Positions 33,806-46,200 of a DNA stretch of 64,000 nucleotides are shown here, one piece after another. Where the stretch lies: contig JANHCV010000001.1 in NCBI GenBank assembly GCA_025594325.1, positions 4,960,001 through 5,024,000 of the forward strand, given 5' to 3'. Made by a program: the position numbers and the translations under genes. The stretch is from Blastocladiella emersonii ATCC 22665 (lineage: Eukaryota; Fungi; Blastocladiomycota). Numbering within the stretch: position 1 is the stretch's first letter; each line of letters starts with the position of its first letter. The notes beneath the pieces were generated by a model. That model did not search any database. It was not told the DNA's origin and was given only the letters and a program-made list of their open reading frames with translations.

Positions 33806-35587
33806 TCAGTACCGCGCGGGAACGCGGTGCGCCTCCTCGAGCTCGGCCAGCGACTTGCCGTACAGCGCCGCCGCGCTGTGGAACCCGCCGTCGCCCTTGA
33901 ACACGCGCGAAACTACCCACCCGAGCGGGACCGTGCCGACGTACGGGAGCACCGCGACGCCATCGTCTCTACACACACGCGCGTGCGAGGGATCGCGTCA
34001 GCGCCGTCGCATACGCGGCCACCATCATCGCAACGTACTTTCCGACCGACACCACGGCCAGGTCGGGCAACGGCTTCCACTTATCGAGCTTGACGCGGTC
34101 CGCGGCCTCGCTCCCAAACAGGACCCGCGCGCGGGCCACGGCCGCGAGGTTCCGCGCGACGAGCGCGCCCTGGATCATGGCGACGTACGCGAGCTTGCCC
34201 GCCTTGAGCTCGCCGGGCAGCTGCGCCACGTCGCCCGCCGCAAACACGCCGCGGGTGCCCATCACGCGCATCGTCGGATCGACGTCGAGCGCAGGCGCGT
34301 GCGGGTCGCCCGCGTACCCGGCCACGGGCACGTTCATGCTCGTGGTGCCCGTCGCCTCGACCACCAGGATCGACTCGCGCGGGTCCAGGTGCGCGAGCGC
34401 GACGAGGCCGCCGGGCGTGCGCAGGAGCAGGGTCCGCGCGGCGCCGTCGGCGGGCGCGTACCCGGGGAGGAACCACGGCTCGGCGCCGGGTGGACCGGGC
34501 GGGCGCGCGCCGAAACTCGCGGCGAGGTCGAGCCGCTCCCCCGGACGCGTGCGCAGGTGGACGATGCCCTTGCGGTCGAGCGCTTTCGCGACCGACTCGT
34601 TGAACCGCGTGCCCCATGGACCGTGCGACGGCGGGCCGACGAGTGTCACCCGTTTGTCCGGGTAGTCTGTGTTGAGCCGATGGGTGAGCACACAAAGTAT
34701 TGCGAGAGAGGAGAGGAGCACGCACCGGTCTTGACCTGTCCGACAAACTCGACGCCGACGACACCGCTGCCGACGACGAGGACGTGGTCAGCAGCGCGCG
34801 TCGCGGCCTTGTACCGGTTGAGCATCTCGCAGATGGCCCCGCGGTCCCACTCGAGCGGCACCTTGCCGGGCATCGGGTACCCGCTGCCGAGCGTCACGGC
34901 ACACAGATCCGCGCGCACACTGGTCTCACGCCCATCCTCGCGCAACAGCACACGCGCATCGCCGACCTCGACGACCGTCGCGACACGGACACGCGGGAGC
35001 ACGTCCCACATGGCGCCGCCGCAGGTGCACGCGGCGTCGGGCACGAGCCCCGCGAGCGGGTACAGGAGCCGCGTGGGCGCGACGGCGGGGTCGACGGCGA
35101 CACGCGGCGTCGCCACGTTGTAGTACGCGTCGGGCTTGTCGTTGACGAGCGTGACGGCGACGACGGGCCGGCCGCGGTTCGCTGTCGGGTCGGGCTCGCG
35201 CGTCAGCGAGCTCCGAAACGTCGGCGCCGGAAGCGCGCTGCGCATGACGTGCGCGGGGAGAGGTGGGAGGTGGTCGGCAAAGGCGTCGAGGCGCGACTGC
35301 ACCGCGTGGACGGCCGACTCGACGAGGTGCCGCGCGCGCGATCCGTTTGACGAGTCGACGGGGACCAGCGCGGGGTCGGTGGAGCATGCGGAGGCGGCGC
35401 ACTTGCACCCGGCCTCGCGCCGAAGGTGGCGCACGACGTGCTTGTAGCACTGGGCGCCAGCGAAGCCGCCGCCGAGGCTAGACGGGCGGAGGTGGGAGCT
35501 TAGCGCTCGGGGATGTCACGCGCGACGAGGGGCGCAGTGTCGGTACATGACGATGGAGATCGAGCGGTCGTCCGAGGAAGAATCCAT
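33806..35587 (-). CDS. FAD/NAD(P)H pyridine nucleotide-disulphide oxidoreductase, AIFM2/FSP1(AMID)-like
   Basis: Spliced IVILGGGFAG, YYNVATPR, VTLGSGYP, VLVVGSGVVGVEF, DYPDKRVTLV, VFAAGDVA. Three introns. Confidence 0.82.
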
Positions 35588-35852
35588 TGCAGCTTCGTGA
35601 GATGATGATACGTGATTCATAATCCGAGAGAGCCGGAGGAGAGAGAGAACGGCCCACGGGGCGATGCAGCGACCTGGGCGGCGACGGTGACCGAGCACGC
35701 GGCGCGATCGACGCGTCCGCTGTGAACATGAACAGCGCGTGAAAATTTGCTTCTGATCGCCCTGCTGATCGACGAACAACCGTAACCTCTATCAGACATG
35801 CGTGTATTGTTCTCTGAGCAAAAATCAGTGTCAGTGCGCCCGAGCCCCGTGG

Positions 35853-38800
35853 CTAGAGCTCGGGCGGCGGGAACGGCGGTCCGGGGTCGCCCTTGTCCCT
35901 TCCTCGCCGCGAGAGCGTCGCCACGGCGTTGGAGAAGAACATGGACGACTGCGCTCCTGGCTCCGACGGCTGCCGGGAGAAGACGCGCGACAGCGTGCCA
36001 CCGCGGCTCCTGTTCCCGCTCGCGTCCGGGTTGGGGGGCATCTCGGTCGCCGACTCGCCGCCCTCCATCATGCTGCTGCCACCGCCCACCCCCGCGCCCG
36101 CCGCGTCGTTGCTGTCGTTGGATGTCCGCTGGATCATCTTGCGGATGTTGCTGAACGACTTGCCAATGTCGCGCGTGCTGCCGCGCACGCTCGTCGACCG
36201 CTTGCGCGACGTCTCGAGCCGCCGCTTCAGCGAGTCCTGCGCCGCCGACTTAAGCGCCATGGCCTTGCGCATCGCCGACGCCTCCTCCTCGCGACGACGG
36301 TGCTCGGCCGCCTTCTTCTCCTCGATGGCCTTGCGCAGCGCTTCGGCGATCTTCGGGAAACTCGCCAGCACCTGGTCAAAATCGGCGCGACGCAGGACGC
36401 CGAGCTCGGTCATGTTGCACGTTCGAACCGCCGCGGATCGCCGGCACGACTACACACAGGGAGCAAATGTGAGTCTTGGGCACCGACGAGTGACTCGTGG
36501 CTCGACGTACCTCGAAGAGCGCGAGTTCGCCTACATAGCGCGTGATGGGATCAGTGATCGGCCGGCCAGCAAGCGCCCACGACTCCACGACGTACCAAAG
36601 TACGCGCCCTGCTTGAGCTGGCACAGCACGCGGTTGTCAGGGGCCACCACCTCGACGGTCCCGCTGCGGATAAAGTACATTTCCTGGCCGTCGTCGTTGT
36701 ACCGGAACACGTAAAAGTCTTCTTGGACTGTGACCGTGGTCATGCACCGCACCACGGCCGCCTTGAACGCCACGTCGGCGCAGTCGCGGAACAGCGGCAT
36801 CGCGTTGAGCGAGTCGAAGTGCAGGTGGTTGCAGATCTCCTGCCGCAGGAAGTTGGGTAGGTTGCCGAACAGCTTTTCCTCGCTCATGCCCTGCAGCCTG
36901 ATCCACTCGAACTCGTTGTGTTGCCGCACTAGACGGGCGCGTGCGAGCGTGCATGGTCAGGCAGCGGCCATCATGCGAGCGAGCGAGAGACGCGTACCGC
37001 GCTTCTGGATCTCGGGCGGGAACTTGCGCTGGCGCATGTACTTGCGCAGGTAGTCCATGCGGTAGTTCTGCTTCTCGAGCTTCTTGTCGAGTGCGGCGCC
37101 GCGCTGCATCGACTGGATGAGGTTGGCGATGTTCCCGAAAATGGACCCGTTGACGAGCGCGCCGAGGATCACCTCGAGCACGCAGTAGATGCGCTCGGCG
37201 CCCATGGTGATGTCGCGGAACGCAAAGAACATGACCTGCTGCGCGACCAGGTACGCCGCGAGATACTGCGTCCACATGTCGAGCTGGTCGCCGTTGTCGT
37301 CGACGCCCAGCGACTGCGTGTTGATCCACGCCTTGGCGCTGTCCTCGTAGTAGCAGATGGCCCAGAAGATGCACGCGTCCAGGTGCGACACCCACAGGAA
37401 CGACAGGAAGTTCTTGATCACCCGCGACATGTACACGCTCGTCCCCGGGATGTTCTTGTCCGAGTACACGGAGAAGGCGCTGAGCATCGCAATGAACCGC
37501 GTACCGCGCGCGCACGCCCACAGGAACAGCGGGAGCGGCTGTGACCTACACGTGGGGAATCGCAAGCGTGAGCGCCGACACCAGTGGGCTGACCACCGGC
37601 GCACAACGTACTCGGTCCGGTACGAGAGGTACTTGGATTCGCCCTCGGCGTGGTACACTGGGCTGCACGGCGTCGTCACGTCCGTGAACATGTAGAAGGC
37701 GAGGTCCCACGGGATCGACCCGACGAGGTCCCACCGGCCGTAGCCGATCGAAAAGTAGTTGCGGCGAATCTGCTTCGGGTCCGTGACGCGCACACCGTAC
37801 GGGTCGAGGTACGACCGGCTCGCCATGAACCCGACGTTGAGCAGCAGGAACAGGTCCGCCAGATGACACGTCGTGATCCACGCTGGCGTCGACATCTGGC
37901 ACGCCCACGCCACGGTCATGGGCACCGTGATCGCGTTGAACAGGTGGATCGCCAGCACGATGATGTCCCAGATCGGCCAGAACCGCTCGAGCCACGCCAT
38001 CCACGCGCCAATCCGTCGCGCCCTCGTTGACGACACGGCCGAGGGAGACGTCGGCAGGCTCGCGACGATCGCGCCACGGTCGCGGTCGGAATTCGGCACG
38101 CCGCTGGGTTTCGCGAGCGATGCGACGACCGACTGGCTCGGCCGCGTCGATGGCGGGCTCGACCCGCGCGGCTCCGAGTCCTCCTGCGAGACAAACGACG
38201 ACGAGCGGTTTGGGAGGTCGGTTCGCAGCGGGACCGTGTACGGTGCGGGCGGACGCACGCTGGAGATGGGGAGCACGGCCGCCGTGGCGCTCGCGCTGGT
38301 CCCGAGCCCGCTCGCGTTGGACGACGTGGCACTGGCCGCGCTCGAGCTCTCGATCGACGGCCGCGGGAGCGACGGTGGCGCCGAGAGCCCGCCGCGCTCG
38401 GTCGGCACCTCGAGCGACTGCTGGCTGAGCCGCGACAGATGAAACGCGCCGCCCCCGCCGCCGCGCGTGCCAAGCGTCGCGGGTGCAGACGGGATCTCGG
38501 GCGGCGAGCCGAACGAGTGCTCGAGGTCGTCCACATCGTCCTCGGCCGCGGACCTACCACCTCTGCCGGGCCCGGACCCCGCGCCGTACCGCGCCGCAGA
38601 CGAAGGGGCGAGGATCACGGCCGTCTCCTCCTTGCCCGACTTTTCGTCGAGGCTTGTGACGCTGATGGTCGGCGGGTCCATCGGGTTGCGCACGGCGCCG
38701 ATCGGCAGCGGGTACCGGATGTGCGGGTCGCTCCCGCGCTGCCCCGTCGACAGGTGCCGGTTGCTCCCGTCGCGGCCCATGGAGCCCGAGGCCGCCGGCG

Positions 38801-39818
38801 ACCCGGCGGTCGTCCCGACGCGCGACGTCGAGGTCCGGTCGGACCGCGTGGCCGAGGCGGCGACCGAGTGGTTGGACCGGCGCGAGCTGATCCCGAGCGC
38901 GGAGGAGGTCGGGTTGGACGAGGTCGACGACGACGAGATCATGCGGTGGCTCGCGACGTTGAGGCTCGGCTCCGACGCGCGGTTGGACTGCCGCGACGAC
39001 GAGCGGCTCGGGCCCGAGGCGGTCCCGGAGGATGATGGTGGGTCGCCTACCGGCTGCTGCAGCTTGTTCGAGGCGGCGGCAAACACGGGGTGCGATGGCG
39101 GGGGTGGCGAGCCCTGCGGCGAGCGACTCGCGCGAGCCGGGGCCGGTGCGCTGCTGGCCAGCGCCTCGCCGCCGGCGTACGCCGCCAGCCGGAGCCGCGA
39201 CGTGCTCGTCGATCCCGAGGATGTGGAGGTCGACTCGACCGACAGGTGCGAGAGGTGCGCGAGCGGCGGCGGCACGGGGCTCGCGTGATGCGGCCCGTCG
39301 ACGCGCGTTGCGGACGCGGCCGAGGACGGGAGCAGGAGCGGATCCGAGTGGCCGTTCTCGCCCGGGTGCCTCCGTAGGACATCGAGCGGGCGAGGGTTCG
39401 GGGCGTGCGACATGGGCGGCGAGGTCGCTCGGGATGCGCCCGAATCGGACAGTGTTTGCCACGAGTGCATCGCTGGCTGCGCCGCGGTGGGATGCGCGGC
39501 GGAGAGACTGCGCGATGATGGCGCGGGGCTGCCTCGGCTCGACAGCTCGGGCAGCGAGGGCGGTAGTGGCGGCAGGAGCTCGAGGTCCGGGTCCGTCGTC
39601 GCGAGTCGGTCGCGCGCCTCGCCCGCGGCGGCGGGATCGCTGGGCAAAGCCGCGGCGGATCGAAACTGCTGCTCAGAGCCTTCCAGTGACATGGTGTTGC
39701 CGAGCTCAGCTGGAGCGTGAGCAGTGGATGGTGGTTGTGGTGGCGGAAGCGGTGGTGGTGGGTGAGGCGTGGACGCCGGTCGAGTCCCGTCGCCCGATGA
39801 AGATGCACCCGGTTCCAT
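35853..39818 (-). CDS. Cyclic-nucleotide-binding-domain ion channel-like protein (CNG/KCNH superfamily)
   Basis: ~570-aa Ser/Pro-rich N-terminus, then TM segments (WDIIVL..FNAITVP; WDLVGSIPWDL; HLDACIFW; ILGALVNGSIFGNIANLI), C-linker (YMRQRKFP; LPNFLRQEI), and CNBD (EMYFIRSGTVEV..FGELALFE..RRSAAVRT). Confidence 0.88.
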
Positions 39819-40283
39819 TGTGACGCTTCATAGAAATCGCCGAGCGCTTGATAGAGCCAAGGGGGGAGGCCTCAGACGCGTCAATTCGGCACTCGCCGCA
39901 CCAGCATGCTAACCACACCACGTGGCTGCGAAATGGCGGGGGAAGGTCCGTTATGCCACGGACGGCGCGGGTGACAGTGGGCGTGAATCGATGCCAAGCG
40001 GCGAGTAGGCGCGAGACGTGAGTCGCGAGACGCGTCCGAAACGCGTCGCGTCGCGGGTCACGCGGCATTGACGAGAGGTAACGTGACCGGGAGACGCGCG
40101 AGACAGGGACGCGTCCACGGGGTCGCCCCGACGCGACGCGCCGCACGGCCCTCGCCTGATCGCCGCCGGCCACAACTACCTGGAGCTGGCTCTCCAAATC
40201 ACTCTGCAACTAGACCATCTCCCTCACGACCACGAAGCTGCCGCCCCTGCACTCGCGGCCTGCTGCTCGCACACGCACTCACC

Positions 40284-43200
40284 ATGCATTCCCGGCCACC
40301 CGGCCCGCACGCCGTTGGCGCGACGCCTCGCGAGGGTGAAGCGCTCGCCGGCCTCGCCTCGGCCGCGGGCGACCCGTCGGCCGCCAACCCGGCCATGCTG
40401 CGCGACGCCCTCACGGCTCGCCTCTACACGCAGTCGCGCGGCATCGAGCCGCCGAGCTTCGCCCTCTCGCCCGCCGCCTTTGAGCACCTCGCGCACTCGA
40501 CTCGCCCGCGCATCCGCCATGTCCAAGGCACACCCACCACCAACTCGCACTACACGACGGCCGCGCACCCCGCGGCGGGACCTGCCGTGTCCTCGCTTCG
40601 ACCTGCACCACCAGCTGTCGCACCATGCATGATCGCGCCGCTTCCGCCCATCCGGCCCAACTCGGAGCCCACCTTTGTCCGGCCAAGGACAACGGAGCCG
40701 CCACCACTCAACGCTGGCGCGAAGCGGAGCGTGTCCCAACTTCTCGACGACTCGTCGCACGCCGGGATCGGCGCCGCTCCGCTGCCCGCGATCCCCGTCG
40801 TCGCTGCTCCCGCCGATGCTGCGGGCAAGGCGGCGAAACGCTCGCGCCCACTCGGCGGCGGCCTCGCCGACTCGAACGGCTCGACTGGCTCGAAGGCCAA
40901 GGGCAAGGCTGTCGTCGTGCCGTCGGACCCGCGCCGCGCCGGTGCCGGCGCCAAGGTTCTGCAGACGCCCTTCGACTTCATTGCCGCCGTCGAGGCTCGC
41001 CGCGCGGGATCGAGCGGCAGCCGAACGACCGGCGCGCAGTCGCCCGCTGCATCCGCGGCCGCGTCGGGGACGGCGCACCTCGAGTTCGTCTACCTGCGCC
41101 CGCGCAACCAGGACTCGGCCGTTTTCAACCCGTACGACCTCGTGATTGCCGAGTACGACGACGTCGACAAGCTCGACTTTTACACGCTCTCCGAAGCGGT
41201 ACGTTGTCGCTTACGCTCATTCCACCATCCACCGCGCGCTGCTCACTCACGTCTTCGTACACGCGCGCGTAGGGCGTCACCCACTTCACCAAGGAGACGA
41301 CCGACTTCACGCCGCTGCAGCAGTGGATCCGCGAGTACAACGCCTTCAATGCCATGATCCGGATCCCCTTCTTCGCCAAGTACCGCATCTGGAAGAGCTT
41401 CACGACGTGGCGCAAGAACGTGCGCCGCACCAAGCTCAACCTCGCGCGCAAAGCGATCCAGCGCCGCATGTTCGCGCTCGACCCGCGGCTGTCGCGCGGC
41501 CTGCTCACCATCCGCGCCGCGTGTATCGACCTGCTCGGCCACTCGCTGTTCAAGCCGCCGGCTGACCAGGCGTGGGACCTCAACGCCCTGGCCAAGGAGC
41601 AGGCGGACCACGTCCAGGGCGCCATCGCCGAGTACCTCGCCACCTTCGACGAGGCCGTCCGCGGCATGACCGTTGACGCGTGCAAGGACGCGCTCGCCGC
41701 GGCCAACTGCAGCGCCGACAAGGACGAGCTCTCCTCGCTCACCTTCACGCAGCAGGCCGCGCGTCGCGCCGAGTGCCGCCGCCTCGAGCGGTTCGTCAAG
41801 CTCGTCGACTACCTCAAGCTGCACACCCTGCACATGCTCGCCGTCTCGTCGGCGCGGTCCCTGCTGATCGTCCTGCTCGGCCGCTGCTCCGAAAAGGACA
41901 TTGCGACGGGCGTCGACGACGCCGAGAACACGCTTTTCAACGTGCCGACGCTGACGCTGGCCCTCGCCGGCTACGAGCCGTTCGCCGGCACCGTGTCCAA
42001 GCTCGCGTTCGGCGGCGCGCACGCTGACGGCGGTGGCGACGCGGCCGCCGACGAGGCCATGGACCTCGACGCGTCGACGGGCCCGGCGCTGTTCCAGCGC
42101 ACGTTCCTCGACATCGTGTGCTCCATGTTCAAGGGCACGGCGCCGGGCCGCAAGCAGCCGCTGCTTCGGCTCAAGCTGCTGCTCGAGGACGCGTCGCACA
42201 TTGTCGTGTCGCCCGGTCTGCCCGAGATCTTTGGCGTCCTCGACTCGCTGACGCGGCAGCACGTCTCCATCGTCGACGGCGTGTCGATGCTCACCAACTC
42301 GATTGACTTCATTGTCAGCGGCGAGTCGTTCGAGGAGCCCGACTTCACCGAGGGTGCGAGCCTGTCGCACATCATCTCGAACGACATCTACTTCCAGGCG
42401 CTGTGCGAGCGGACCAAGGCGTGCCTGCAGGCCAACTTTGCCTCGGTCGAGCAGTTCGCCGCGGGGTTCGAGCAGTACCGCGAGATGTACGAGCACAACG
42501 AGCAGCTTGACCTCGACGCGATCGCGGCCGGCACGGTGCTGTTCCCGGGCGTCGACGAGTCGCAGCGCGGCCTCACGACGAGCTTCTTCGAGCAGAGTCT
42601 CGCCGTGTACTCGGACCAGATCAAGCGCGTCCAGGACCTGCCCACGGCCACGGTCGTCGTCAACTTCCTTGCCGACATTGGCCAGTTCAAGGAGCGCGTG
42701 CTGCCGTCGCCGCAGGAGTGCCTGACCAAGATCACGACCATCATCCCGACGCTCGCGCGCGACAAGAACGAGGCGCTACTCAACGAGGTCAACTTCTCGG
42801 TCAAGGTGCTCGGGTCGCGGCCCGGGTCCGTCGAGGCCTTTGTCGACTACCTGCACCACCTCGACTCGGTCAAGGAGTCGCTCGAGTCGTACGACGCGCG
42901 GTACCAGGAGGTGAGCAAACTGTACGGGCTCATTGACCAGTACAAGCTGCCGATCGTGCCGACGGACCTCGCCATGTTCCAGACGCTGCGGCCCACGATC
43001 CGCCAGCTCAAGGACGCGGTCGACCTCGCCGAGGAGTCGCGCGAGGAGAGCGTGTCGCGGTTCTCGGGCGAGCTCGAGAAGCAGTTCTCGGACCTCATCA
43101 CCCAGGTCAACGACGTGCGCACGCAGGCGCAGAACCCCATGATCCTCAACCCGGCGTCGTCGGTCGACGAGGTCATGGCGTTCCTGTCGGACCTCGGCAA

Positions 43201-46200
43201 GCAGTTTGACGCGCTGCTGTTCACGGCCAACCAGTACTGCGAGTACCAGTCGCAGTTCAAGGTGCCGCAGACCAAGTCCGTCGAGATCGAGGAGGCCAAG
43301 GCCGACATCGACATGAAGACGTCGCTGTGGAAGAGCTTCCGCGACTGGGAGACGCTCACGCGCGAGTGGGACCTGTCGCCGTTCGACAAGATCAACACCG
43401 AGGAGATGAGCGGCCACATCAACGGCTACCTCAAGGTCATCTACAACCTCGACAAGGGCCTGCCGCCCAACGACGTGGTGCCCAAGCTCAAGGCCATGGT
43501 CGAGGCGTACCGCGGCATGTTCTCGACCATCGTCGACCTGCGCAACCCGGCGCTCAAGAGCCGCCACTGGGACAAGATCCAGGAGACGATCGGCAAGCCC
43601 ATTGCGCGCGACGAGACGCTCACGCTGGCCGTTCTGCGCGAGGCCAACGTGTTCAAGTTCCGCGAGGAGATCTCGGGCATCTCGGCGCAGGCCGCGAGCG
43701 AGGCCGCACTCGAGGAGATGCTCCAGAAGATCGTGCGCACCTGGGCCGACACCGAGTTCATCGTCCTGCCGTACCGCGACAACAAGGACGTGTTCATTCT
43801 CGGCGGCGTCGAGGACATCCAGACCCTGCTCGAGGACTCGCAGGTCACGCTCGCCACCATCAAGGCGTCGCGCTACATTGGCCCGATCAACTCGGACGTC
43901 GAGAAGTGGGACAAACAGCTCACGCTCTTCTACGACACGCTCGAGGCGTGGATGGTGTGCCAGCGCAACTGGCTGTACCTCGAGTCCATCTTCTCGGCGC
44001 CTGACATCCAGCGCCAGCTGCCCGAGGAGTCCAAGATGTTTGCGCAGGTCGACCGCAACTGGAAGGACATCATGCGGCGCGCAGCGCGCCACCCGAACGC
44101 CATGAAGTGCGGCACCACGCCGGGCACGCTCGAGACGTTCCAGCAGAACAACGAGCTGCTCGAGAAGATCCAGAAGTGCCTCGAGGAGTACCTCGAGTCC
44201 AAACGCCTGCTGTTCCCGCGCTTCTACTTCCTGTCCAACGACGAGCTGCTCGAGATCCTGTCGCAGACCAAGAACCCGCAGGCCGTGCAGCCGCACCTCG
44301 GCAAGTGCTTCGACGCCATCAAGTCGCTCGAGTTCTCGCCCGAGCCCAAGAGCATCGATATTCTGGCCATGATCTCGCCCGAGGGCGAGAAGGTGCACTT
44401 CAACAAGGCCGTCAAGGCCCGCGGCAACGTCGAGGCGTGGCTCAGCGCCGTCGAGGAGGGCATGTTCTCCACGGTGCGCCGCCTGCTCAAGGTCGCGCTG
44501 AGCGAGTTCGACCCCGCCGAGCGGTCCGACTGGCTGCTGCAGCACACGGGCCAGGTCGTGCTCACGGCGTCGCAGATCATGTGGTGCGCCGAGGTCTCGG
44601 CCGCCCTCACGGCCGACAACCCCGTCGAGGCGCTGCGCCAGTTCAAGGACACGTCGATCGCGAACCTGTCGCAGGTCGCGGCCATCGTGCGCGGCGACCT
44701 GACCAAGCTCCAGCGCGCGGTGCTCGGTGCGCTCATCACCATCGATGTGCACGCGCGCGACATTCTGCTCGAGATGCTCGACAACGGCGTGTCGTCGGAC
44801 GAGGATTTCGGCTGGCTCAAGCAGCTGCGGTACTACTGGGACCCGGAGACGGACGTGTGCGTGGTGCGCATGTCGGACACGGCCTTCAACTACGGGTGCG
44901 AGTACCTCGGGTGCTCGCCGCGCCTCGTCATCACGCCGCTTACGGACCGGTGCTACCTCACGCTCACGGGCGCCATCGCCATCAACCTCGGCGGCAGCCC
45001 GCTCGGCCCCGCCGGCACGGGCAAGACCGAGACGGTCAAGGACCTGGCCAAGGCGCTCGCGCGGCAGTGTGTCGTGTTCAACTGCTCCGACTCGCTCGAC
45101 TACAAGATGATGGGCAAGTTCTTTGCCGGGCTCGCGCAGTCGGGCGCGTGGTGCTGCTTCGACGAGTTCAACCGCATCGACATCGAGGTGCTGTCCGTCA
45201 TCGCGCAGCAGCTGCTCACCATCAAGTCGGCCAAGGACGGCATGGTCTCGCGGTTCATCTTCGAGGGCAAGGAGATCCGCCTGATCCCGTCGTGCGCCGC
45301 GTACATCACCATGAACCCGGGCTACGCCGGCCGTCAGGAGCTGCCCGACAACCTCAAGGCGCTGTTCCGGCCCATCGCCATGATGATCCCCGACTACGGG
45401 CTCATTGCCGAGATCATGCTGTACTCGGAGGGGTTCGAGGACGCCAAGCTGCTCGCGGGCAAGGTCGTCAACCTGTACAAGCTGTGCTCGGAGCAGCTGT
45501 CGCAGCAGGACCACTACGATTTTGGCATGCGCGCCGTCAAGTCGGTGCTCGTCATGGCCGGCCAGCTCAAGCGCGCGAACCCGACGATCCAGGAGAACGT
45601 GGTGCTGATCCGCTCGCTCCGCGACTCGAACCTGCCCAAGTTCCTCGCCGACGACGTGCCGCTGTTCCTTGGTATCCTGCAGGACCTGTTCCCGGGCGTC
45701 TTCATCCCGGACCAGGACTTTGGCGCGCTCAAGGCCGCCATCGAGGAAACGCTCGCGGCGAAAAAGTACGTCGTGGTGCCCAAGTTCGTCGACCGCATCA
45801 TCCAGCTGTACGACACGACGCGCGTCCGCCACGGCGTCATGCTCGTCGGGCCGACGGGCGGCGGCAAGACGGTGGCCTACCAGACGCTGGCCGACGCCAT
45901 GACGCTGCTGCACCAGACCAAGCCCGATGCGTTCGAGCAGGTCCAGCTCTCGCTGCTCAACCCCAAGTCCATCACCATGGACGAGCTGTACGGCGCCGTC
46001 AACCTCGCGACCATGGAGTGGAAGGACGGGCTCATTGGGAACATCACGCGGCAGCAGGTCTCGGACACGACCAACGACGAGAAGTGGACTGTGTTCGACG
46101 GCCCTGTCGACGCCATCTGGATCGAGAACATGAACACGGTACTCGACGACAACAAGCTGCTCTGCCTCAACAATGGCGAGCGCATCAAGCTCAACAACTC

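Noticed and set aside
35783-35795. TATCAGAC near the FSP1-like/channel boundary, resembling the reverse GATA iron motif
   Set aside because: It mismatches ATCWGATAA at more than one position and is a single copy; too weak to support iron regulation.
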